A model generated the notes under the pieces. That model ran no database searches and was not told the origin of the DNA. It worked only from the letters and a program-made list of their open reading frames with translations. The translations under genes were made by a program, and so were the position numbers. A stretch of 64,000 nt of DNA from Lama guanicoe (lineage: Eukaryota), in contig MU053934.1 of assembly GCA_013239625.1 (NCBI GenBank), forward strand, positions 5,288,399 to 5,352,398, written 5' to 3'. Positions 13,501-24,700 of the stretch are shown piece by piece. Each line of letters begins with the position of its first letter. The stretch's first letter is position 1.

Positions 13501-16500
13501 ATATTTCTTTCTGATATTCACCTGTTTTGAAAAGTGAAGTTGCTGGGTATCACTTAAAAAAATTTTTTTAAGTTAAGACAATATAATAACCACACTGAAA
13601 GTTTGGATTGTGCAGAAAAAAATTCTTCCAGCAACAACTCCCTCATCCCCCGACCCCACCCCAGCTGTAGTGACAAGAACTGCTTTTACACAGTCCCGTG
13701 TCCAGACTTAGTTCATGTACAGGCATACTTTTCACATAATTGCATCCATGGTCACGATATCCTGCTGTTTTCGTTAACATTGGGTCATAGTATTTCTTCG
13801 TTACTAATGTAGTCTTCAAGTTGATCATTCTTAATGAAGAAGGCAAAATGACCCAGCAGGCAGGCTTGTTTTGATTTCCCATTATTGGATATTAAGTCGT
13901 TTTCTTATTTTTCACTGTGATAAATAATGCTGTAGAGAAATCCTTATATAGAGATGTTTGCCCACATTATTTCTAAATTTAGTTGCCCAGAATGAGATTT
14001 CTAGGTCAAAGCATGTGAACATTTCAAATTCTTGATGAATGTTATCAAATTTTATATCCATTTTAACCACATTATAGGGACAGTCAATAATTAATGTAAA
14101 CATAGGAAGAAGACACTGAAACTCATCTTTAAGATATGTTACAAATGTTCCAGGCCATGGGTTTTTCTACCTTGCCCTTTTCTTCCTATTGCTCAAATAT
14201 TCAGAGAGTAACATATTCTAGAGGTTTTTGACTTGCTTTTAAATTGCTGTCATTTTGCACCTATAACGCTTTGTTAAATGCCTCTAACTAGAGAGCTTCA
14301 TTAAATTGACTCCAACTAGAGCTTCGCTTTCTCCAGCCCAGCTGGAGATTGAAGGGCTTTTAAGCCAGAGTAATTAACTCCCTGCCATGGGAATGTGCAG
14401 ACCTGCACTTTAATTATCCTGCAACCCAGGTATGAATAGCCGTTTGCCAGGAGCCTAGTAGAACTTCTCTCTGGTCTTTTTGTATCCACTGGAGGATAGT
14501 GCTTGTGCAGTGTGAAAAGGAGAAGTTGAGCAAAGCTGGATAGGAGGTCCTCAAAGTGTAACCTCCATAGTCTTTATAACCTTCAATGGATACAACATGT
14601 GATGTGCTGGCATTTAAATTAAAGTATAAAAATACTTCATGTTACCATTTCTTTACTTTTCTTTATAGTCTTTTTGTATCTATCTTTAAACAGTATATTG
14701 TTTCATGTTCCCTTTTTTGCACTTTATGTAATGAAATCATGCAGTTTATGTAGCCTTCTCTCTTTTTCTGCTTGATATTGTTTCTAAGATTTTCCCATGT
14801 TGATTTGGGCAGTTGTGGTTCATGCAAGTGTTCTACTGCATGAATAAACCAGCATTTATTTACCTATGCTATCCTACTATAGATAAGCTATTTGGGTTGT
14901 TTCCAGATTTTTGCTATTACGAGCAGTTGCTGCTGTGAATATGCCTAGATCTGTCCCCTAAAATGAACTTCTCCAGGGTACTGCTTGGTCATGGACGTGC
15001 TTTACTTTGTATGGTGGTTTCTTTAGCTAATTTCAAGTAGTAGGAGTAGTGAGGAGGGTGAGGGGCTGATGGGCTCTTGCCGGGGATGGCATATGTTCTC
15101 AAGACTGAAGAAAAGTGGTGACCAAGAGACCAGCTGATTTGTGCAGTAGATCTTCTAAAACAGAAGGAAGAAGGGAGGAGAAATGACAGCTCAGACAATG
15201 GGTATCTATTTTGGAGGCCAGTTGGTTAGGAAACGAAATAAGCAGAGGAGATTTCCTGTGAATCATAGAAGAAAGCTCTAGGAAGGAAGTTAGAAACAAT
15301 GCTGATCCATGCAGACCATCTAGAGCAGCACTGTCCGACAGAAATGTAACACAAGGCACGTAATGTAAAGTTTTTAGTAACCACATGTAAAAGATAAAAA
15401 GAAACTGGTAAAATTAATTTAGTAGTATATATTCTTTAACCCAATATATCTAAATTATTATCATTTCAACCTGTAATCAGTGCTTTTAAATTATATTAAA
15501 ATTTTCAATTTTTTTCTGAATACCAAGGCTTTGAAGCTTGGTGTGTATCTTACACTTAAAACACATCTCAGTTTAGGTTAGCCGTGTTCCAAGTGTTCAA
15601 TAGCCTCACGAGACTAGTGGTTAACACAGTAGACGGCCAGGCCTGTAAGACATAGTTATGTTAGTTTCTTTTCTGGAAATTGTCGCAACAAATAACCGCA
15701 AGCTGGGTAGCTTAAAGCAACAGAAATTTGTACTCTCACAAGTTCTAGAGGGTAGAAGTCTGAAATCGAGGTGTCATCAAGGTTGGTTCCTCCTGGAGGC
15801 TCCAAAGGAGAATCTCTTCTGTGCCTCTCTCCTGCCTTCTGGTGGCTGCTGACAATGCTTGGTGTTCCTTAAAAGCATTGCTCCAACCTCTGTCTTCTTT
15901 TCCACATGACATTCTTCCCCTGTGTGTCTCTGTATTCACATGGCTTTCTCTTCGTCTCTGTGTCTCTTCCTGTTCTTATCAGGACCTCAGTCATTGGATT
16001 AGGACCCACTCTCATCTGTTATATCCTCATCTTAAACTTGATTATGTCTACAAAATTCTACTTCTGAATAAGGTCACATCCTGAGATCATAGTTGGGAAT
16101 GAATTGTCGGGGATGCAGTTCAACCAATTGCTAAATCAAATGAATTTAAGATACACACTGAAGGTAGTGAGTTTGATTTCATGAGTCACTGGGGAATGGT
16201 GGACTATGGCTCTGGTTTGGAATGTGGTGTGATAGCATAGGACACAGCTACACTCCTCACCCCCCTCCACACCGCCCCCCAAACCTCTTAATACAAGGAG
16301 ATTAGAACTTTTGTATCAGAGATGGTAAGTTAAGCCACACTGGTGACCGCTTGGGTGAACACAAAGGAGAGATGAGAGTTATTATGTGCAAGAAATCGTG
16401 GAGAGTTTTGGTCGTGCTGGCTATAAAGCTGGTACAGAGGCACAGTGCACAGTAGTGATGTGCTTGCTTTGCGCTCATATCTGCTAGGGGTCTAACTGTT

Positions 16501-18744
16501 AAAATAGAAAATCAAACATGTTCTTTAATTGGTCAGCAACACTCAGCATCTCTTAGAGGATAGAGATGAAGCAGCTGGAAGAACTATTAATTTAAACCAA
16601 AATACTTTCCCAAATGAGAGAACTGATAGGTTAAGTGAAAGTGCCTGAGATCTTGGAAAGAAATGAGTTGATGAGCCAAGTATAGGAAACTTGAACTGAG
16701 ATATTTTTAGACTAGAAAGTGTCAAACAAAAGATAGGCAGATATTCTTGAGAATGTAGCAGAGACCGTGACTCAAAAGTAGTAGGAAGCTGAGGAATGTA
16801 ACTCTGCCTGGGATGCTAAACAACCATGGGGAGATCCCCATGGATCTTCTGGTTAAAGGCTCTCTTATGACTCAGGTTTTATGGGGGCATTTTAGACAGC
16901 TTAAAAAATGGCTTTTCTGTTCTGCAAAGGGCTCTGCACTGAGAAATTGAATGAGATACAGGTGAAAGAAGGGATCATATTTAGCCTGGAGATGAGATGC
17001 AAGGGAACTGTAATCATTGTCTGTAACATCTGAAGAACCATCCTGTGGAGTAATATGAATATTGATGGAGCACATTTCTAAGCAGTTGACGTGAATTAAC
17101 TCGTAAAGTCCTCAAACAACCATTTGAACAACTTCAAATTAATATTGAAGTTAATATTACTATTCAAATTTTGGAAATAAGGAAAGTGAGGCTCAGAAAG
17201 GTTAAATAAATAACTTGCTCTGACTCAGACATCTCACAAATGACAGGCCCAGGCAGTCTGCCTCTGTTTGTTTTTTATTGAAGTATATAGTTGATTTACA
17301 ATATTGTGTTAATTTCTGGTGTACAGCAAAGTGATTCAGTTATGCATATGTATACATGTCTTTCATATTCTTTTCCAATATGGTTTATTACAGGATATTG
17401 AGTATAGTTCCTTGTGCTGTACAGCAGGACCTTGTTTTTTATCTATTTTGTATAGAGTAGTTATCTGCTCATCCCAGACTCCTAATTTATCCCTCCCCCA
17501 TCCTCTTTCCCCTTTGGTAACGGTAAGTTTGTTTTCTGTCTGTGAGTCTGTTTTGTAAATAGGTTCATTTGTATCATATTTTAGAGTCCACGTACAAGTG
17601 ATAGCATATCGTATTTGTATTCAGGCCATCTGCCTCTAGAACTAAACTTCTGACCGGAATGCTACTCATGGGAGAGGGATTAAGTTTGTCCTCCATGGCA
17701 CCAACTGATTCAGAGGGTTTAGTGGATGTTTTATATTTTTATAGCACATTTCCAGTAGTAACTTCTCAGACAAACGTCATATTGTCATTAAAACTTTTTT
17801 CTTGCAGATATTTTTCTGATTGTAAAATTTGTCATTTTCATTGTAGAAAAATTGGAAAGTCTAAGAAGAGAATGAAAAAGCTTCTATAATCTCACCAAAG
17901 ATAACCATTGTTAACACTTTGGTGTATTTCTCCCAATCATTTAATACTTTTCTAAATACTTTTCAAGGAAGAAAGTGCCAGTGCTTGCTTTGAGCTCTAC
18001 TAAGATTCTTTTCACAGAAAAAAAAATTTCTTTTATTTTGATAAATTCTGAGCGTTCCTTTTTTGGCTAGGTTTCTGCCTCAATGCTCAAGCAGTTTCCC
18101 AACAGTGGCCTGAATCCAGGTCTTTTCAATGTGGGGCCCCAGTTATCTCCTCAACAAATTGCCATGCTGAGCCAGCTTCCACAGATTCCCCAGTTTCAGT
18201 TGGTAAGTAGCAGATTTTCCTCCTGTAGCTGAAAGGTTGTTTGCTTTTTTGTCTCTCTCTCTTTAGCTTTTATTTGCTTCATGTTATGCAAACTATTGAG
18301 CATGCTTAATGGTTGGTATATCAGCTCAGCTGGAGGGAAATGTGACCAGTAGACCAGGAGCTTGGTGGTACTTCCCTCGTGGACACTCATTCAGTGCCCA
18401 GACCCTTGAGTTTTCTCAGCTAGTCTGTCTTAGGAAAGCTCGATCCTGTCTCTCTCCCTGTTTTGTAGGCATGTCAGCTTCTCCTGCAGCAGCAACAGCA
18501 GCAGCAGTTGTTGCAGAACCAGAGGAAGCTTTCCCAGGCTGTGCGCCAGCAGCAGGAGCAGCAGGTGCGTGGGCTCGGGAGGGTCCCTCTAGTGCTCCTT
18601 GTGAGGAGTGCGTCTCCGCCCAGCCTCTGACAGCACAAGCAACTTGAGCGCCCTCTTTCCCCACGGGGTTCGCATGCTGGCTCATCGTGGGTCCCTTTTC
18701 CCTTGGGCCTCCTCCCCCACAGCTGGCTCGGATGGTGAGTGCAC

Positions 18745-18777
<33 letters not shown>

Positions 18778-21700
18778 GGCATCCCAGCATGAAGCATTCG
18801 CCGTCTCATCCCGTTGGGCCCAAGCCCCATCTGGACAACATGGTACCCAACGCACTGAATGTGGGGCTCCCAGACCTTCAAACCAAAGGGCCAATACCTG
18901 GATATGGTTCTGGTAAGTTGTCTGTAATGAGAACTGCCCGCTGAAAAAGATCTGTCAGTCATGTTCTCATGTTCTAAGCCCAGGGGTTGGACCTGCTTGA
19001 CCCTGTTTTCACAACAGCCGTGCAAGGTCGGTAAATATTCTTATCCCTCTCATAAAGGTGAGATATCTGGGCTATCGATATCCTGGAGTTTCGGTGGTTT
19101 CCTGAAGCTCACCACACAGTTAGCAAACAGCAGAGACAGGCCTCCACCTTCTCCGGGTCCAGAGCAGTCTTCTACTACTTGTGAATGGCAGTCAGCTCTC
19201 CCACCACCAGCAACTTTTAAAAGCCAGTCTAAATGTTTGTACATGCTGTGTGTGCCACACGTCAGAGGTTGTAATCTATTAAATTATATGCAAGTTGTGG
19301 TGTTTAGTTCTACTGATAGAATTACCTTCTCTTGAAAAGAAATGGGGAACAAAAATTATAAGACAGACTGATAAAATTCTGATATTAGTATTTCATCTGA
19401 TTTAAATAGAATTAGCACAAGTAAGCTTACACCTTTGACATTCACCAAGAATTTGTTGGCAGGCAAATCATAGCTCTTTGAGAACTGGGGAACATGTTGT
19501 AAGCAGAATCCAATCAGTGAGGCAACAGTGATTTAAAAATAAAATTTAAAAATTAAAAAGGTACCACACACCATAGCGAGTTTCTTCTCAAATTGACATT
19601 TAGATTTTATTTCAGTAAAGATCATACTATCCTCTACAAACTCAAAAACAAGAGTTTGGGGAGACTTGAAATCCATATTCCTCGGTGACAAAGTGACCCT
19701 GGACAAATGGCCCTGCCCTCGGCACCATGTGGTGCCCACTGGGATGGGGTACCCATTTCCTGTGGGGTGTCCACATGCAGAGAAGAGCAAAGAGTCCAAG
19801 GACTCCTCGACCCTATATAGTAAAGGGGATTAATTTCCAGATCCTCAAGTTCTACCAACTGTGCTTTTTTTAAAAAACGATTTGCCTGAGAACTTGTAAA
19901 TTCAATATAAACTGTCTTCCATTTGACATAAAAGAAGGGAAAACTCTCCACCATCCTGTATCATCCTGTATGTGCTTCCTAGCGCATGCTTATCTGGGGT
20001 TCCAGGTGAGGAGGAAGCCTCCCATAATGACTAACGAAGGTGCCGTTACCCCCGGGTTTCCAGTCGTCACTGTCTGAATCATGTTTTCTGTTAAGGACGA
20101 AGCCTGACGTAAGAACCTGGGTGTGTCGGTGTGTGTCCAGTTCTGAATGTAGACACCACGTGTGATGGTAAAGCAGGGTAACTTTGCTTCTCTTTTTGTC
20201 GAAGAATGCATAGTTCTTGAAGTAGAATCCAGTCGTGTAAAGCGAAGAGGGCATCCAGAAGCCACAGCAGCTCTTCCACGTGTTAAAGCACTGAAAGCAC
20301 AACATCTTTTCAGCCCTTGTCAGTACTCATCCCTAGGGCACGTCTTAGTTGGAAGGAAAAGTACCTTTGAACAGCTCGAGCATAATCGGTTAGTGGGACT
20401 GACTCTGAAATAGACGTTTTGACAATGCATCAGGTAAAGCCTGTGGATCAGCCTTTATGTGATTTCCTCTAGAATGACTATACATTGGTCAGTTCGTTGC
20501 TAAAAACCTGAAGTCATGATGTATTTATTCCAGTGATTATAACATCTTTACTATTTTCTGCCCCTTATTAAAAAGTAAAATTATATATTGGCTACAAGTC
20601 TGTTCATTTTGAGCAGCATATACCTTCCTCATTTATTAAACATACAGAAAATTTTAATCATGATGTCTTCTTAGATCAACGGTGTTTGTCATTATTACAC
20701 TTGAGTCTTAATGGCTAAAAGATCAGAGTTCAGTGTATACACATATACATTTACTGAAGAAATGTCATTTTTTTTATCATATTCCTGTTTCATAAGTAAC
20801 TTAGAAATTTAGCTATGCATTATAATTCAAATAAGGAAAAAGAACATTGATTTATTAACTTATTTATATTTGATAACTTACTAAACAATGGATAAATTAA
20901 TTTTATTAGGTCTTTATTATATTGTGATCTGACCATTTATAATCTACTTTACAAGATGCGTTTTGCAGTTTATTTCACAGTTAACAGTTTTCCTCAATTC
21001 ACATTACCACAATTACTGGAATTGGAAAACTGGGACTGAAAACAAGTCTGATATGGCTGCCTCCTTTGAATAAACTAAATCTATAGCCAGAAGATTTTGA
21101 AGAAGATATAGTTAAAGCATATACACAAATAAAAATTTTTCTGAAAAACATAAAGATGTCACAAAATGAATGAATATATCATGAGTATAAATGATGCCGA
21201 GTATATCCAACTAAAAAAGATACCTATAGGTGAAAGAGTAGCAAGAAAAATTATAAGTTTCTTAATAAGTCTTGATAAAGACTCTTGGTATATTTTCTCA
21301 AAATTAAAAAGTTTAATGACTTTAATGACTGCTTAACTAATCCTTAACTGATTACTTTTATAAAATAGATCGTTTCTCATTCTCTGCTTTTAGCAAAATT
21401 GAAAATATATGTAATTGAATTGTCAAGTGATAATGACCTGTCTAAAAATTATGTTTTAGTATCTGATGTTATTGAGCTGAGGGGAAGGGAATATACCTAA
21501 AAAGAGATGCAAAGAAATAAGTGATTTTATAACAAGACTCCTCCCTTTTCCATCTACTTATTTATGTAAGATTTCTTAGTGCTTTATGTCTGCAAAAATT
21601 TTTTAAAATAGGTATAGTATGAGCTAGATTTCATTCTAGTATTAAGTCATGGTCATTCACAGAAATCAGAACTAATTGAGAAACAAAAGTCACTCATCTT

Positions 21701-24700
21701 ATTGGAAAGTGCATTTCCAATAAAATTTAATTTTTATATTTAAAATTCATCAAAATATGTAATATTTATGTGTGTGATATATCCAGGGAAAAGTAGATTT
21801 ATTATGAATGTTAGTGATTATTAAAATAGCAGAAAGATAACTTGTATCTATACCAGGATTATGAATGTGTCAGTATCATATGGGCGTGTGTGCATGGATT
21901 AAAACAGTTACATTAAATGGGCAGCTGTGGGTGATTTGTTTCTTTTATAATGCATTTTTATTACAATGGTTATAGAAGCAGGAATTTGTTTTTTAAGCTA
22001 CAACAAAAGTAGTAGCGGAAAATACAGAATTACAGACAAAGAGAGGGAAGGAGTGATTGACTAAGGACAAGCTAATTTGAGAATTTCCTCAAGGAGGAGA
22101 GGTCTGGGCCGAGAGGTAGTGATGAATAGACTGATAGTGCTGAGTTGGAGTACGTGGCAAGGAAAGTAATTCTGGCAACGACAGATAAGGTAGCCAGCGG
22201 GTTGTATTTGTAAGCATGATAAGGCAGGTAAAAGGGAGGTGCTGGTGAAATGAGGCCCTGGGAAAGCAAGGGGCACGTCTTCTCTCTGTTTGCACCTCAT
22301 CTCCTAACCCAGAGCCTGGCACAGGTTAGGGTCTCCATAAGTATTCATTGGACTGAATGAGATAGCTTGTTCGATTAGAAGTTCTGTGTCTGTGAGCTGG
22401 AGCATCACAGGAGGCCACTGGATGGGCTGAGGAGGTTTGGTTTTTATAACATAGCAGGGACAATAAAGGCCGTATTTTCCTGGATTTGGAGGTGTGATAG
22501 CTCTGGAGAAGCCCACAGTCATGAGTAGAGTGCCCTCTGCTTTCTGTTAAGGTAGCCACCAGAGCACAGTGCTCCAGAATCCTTTCCTTCAGATTTGTTG
22601 AGCACATTCTGTGTCCTGAGGTCAGGCTAGTCACTACGTGACATTGAAGAAAGACAACAGAGTTACTTTGCATTGATTTTCCTCTCATAGTTTTGGGTTT
22701 GTAGATGAAACCTGTCAAGGCAGTCTTATCTCCTATTCTTTCTGCCCACTTCAATTGTCTTTTCCTTACCAAACCATATGGTGGTGACATTTGTTCCTGA
22801 GCTTCTAATGAGAAAGATGCCCACTTCACCTGAGGTTCAAGTGGAGCTGCTCAAAACTCTATTCTTTCCTAAGATTTATAATTCTTACTAATTTTCTACA
22901 TTTCCTATGTTACAGAAGAACTTCTAAGCAGCTAAAATTGAATAACTTTAATTTCATTGTGAGTTTTAAGAGAAATTTCAGAGCAACTTTACAGAAAATG
23001 AATGTATAAGGAATAGTTCCTTATTTTACTAATCTTTACGTTTTTCTTTTTAATCTTCACCAGAATCCTAGGTTATTTTCAAAAGCTCTTTCTCAGTGAT
23101 TGGAACCAAGCTTTCACATGGCCTGGAATCCAAGCATGTTGGGCTGGTGTTCTGAATCAAATGTAGCGGTATAATTTGCCCAAGGAGCAAACCTGCTTAG
23201 GCCACTAAAGCTGTATCAGAGAAGGCCCATGTTCCTTTCAGCCTCCCTGGCCTCCAGTCTCATTTTGTTTTAGTTACACAGGATAAAAGTAGAAAATATC
23301 TTACACTCTTCTTTAAAAAAAAAAATTTTTTTTCAGTTTGAAATATTTCCAGCTCATTCCAAGGATTCCTGTTCCCCACCCCCGCCCTCCAAGCAATCTC
23401 TTGGATTAGTAAAGCCAATTCCAAACATTGTGAAGGGACATTGTTCTTTATATTAATAGCAGCATTTTAAACATAGGTCAAGAAAGGTGTCAGAATGGAT
23501 TTGAATTTGATTTATTACGCATTTATAAAACTATCCCTGACAATTAAGAGAAGCACAGGGGAGAAAATTGTGACCTGGGCCTTCAGTGGGATTTGGATAA
23601 ATGGAACTTGAGGGCCAGTAAGACACCACCAGACGGTAGGAGAGTGGGGTGGGCACAGTGTGGAGTCTGGCCTGGCTGGAGCCGCATGCCTGCTGGAGTC
23701 AGAGCAGACACCTGCGGACGCCTGAGCCTCGGCGTAGGGGGGACCCTGCTCACCTCCTTGGGGGGCCTGAGTGTGTGTGTTGCTGCTGCTACACTGACTG
23801 CAACTTGTTCTCATTTTTCTGTGATTATCATTATTCTTCCCCTCCCTGGTTTCAATTGTTTATTTTAGTCCTTTATTTTACTTTTTTTGAGAGTCAGTTT
23901 GGAAAATATTAAGTACGTTGTGACCCAGAGTGGATGGTGGACCCTGTGGGACTCCACCAGCAGGCCCCTCCTGTGTGGTTTTCACCTGTCCAGCCCTGTG
24001 CAGTGGGGAAACCTGCTCCAAAACACCCTTGCCTGACATCTGGGGGCACACGGCAGAGTAAACTCTGAATGCCTCACCAGTTGCCTACCCAAGCTTTGGG
24101 GTCTTCATCATTGTATAAAAACTTCATTGAAACTGATCTCCCAGGTTCTGTCCTGACCTCCAGCTGTCCCGTTCTCACGCTGTCAGTTCTCTTTGTAAAA
24201 CACAAACCTGGTTATCTCCCTCTTACTTGCTTTAAAATTTCTTCATCTCCGGTCTAGACTCCTTGGCCTGATACATGCATGACATGACCCTTCATCTCTC
24301 CCCTATCTCCTGCCGTTCTCCACCTCACTTCATCCATAGTTTCCTGAACACCCCTGATTATCATCAGTCAGAGCTCTGTACTTGGTTTCCTTGACTTACT
24401 GGCCTACCTGCCCTAGGCCCTAGGTCAGATGTCCCTTCTGCTAAGCCTTTCCTCCCCAAGAGACCCTGCCACAACTTCATAGCTGCTGGTACACCACATT
24501 GCTTTGATGTGTGGACATCTCTGTCTCAGTTGGAGAACCACTGGCCCCAGCACTCTCTCTGGCTCAGATGTTAGCTAAATGGAAAGTGAATGCACACGTG
24601 CCCTGAGATGGTCTTAATTAGATGGCAGTCATACACGTTTTCACACCTGAACAAAGAGTCATCACATTTTTAGCAAGGAAGAGCCAGCACCAGCATTTTG

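Noticed and set aside
16824..16843. 9-bp inverted repeat ccatgggga/tccccatgg
   Set aside because: Short enough to occur by chance in 64 kb, with no supporting context
18309..19025. Poly-Ala, poly-Cys and poly-Leu ORFs
   Set aside because: Alternative-frame and antisense readings of the CAG-rich exons; the repeat is far too short to suggest RAN translation
19533..20413. Cluster of overlapping ORFs as a possible retrocopy
   Set aside because: No recognisable protein, poly(A) tail or TSD; a BLASTX search would settle it
21699..21723. 10-bp hairpin ttattggaaa-gtgca-tttccaataa as an iron-responsive element
   Set aside because: Lacks the CAGUGN loop and bulged C, is intronic, and sits at the edge of a transposon fossil
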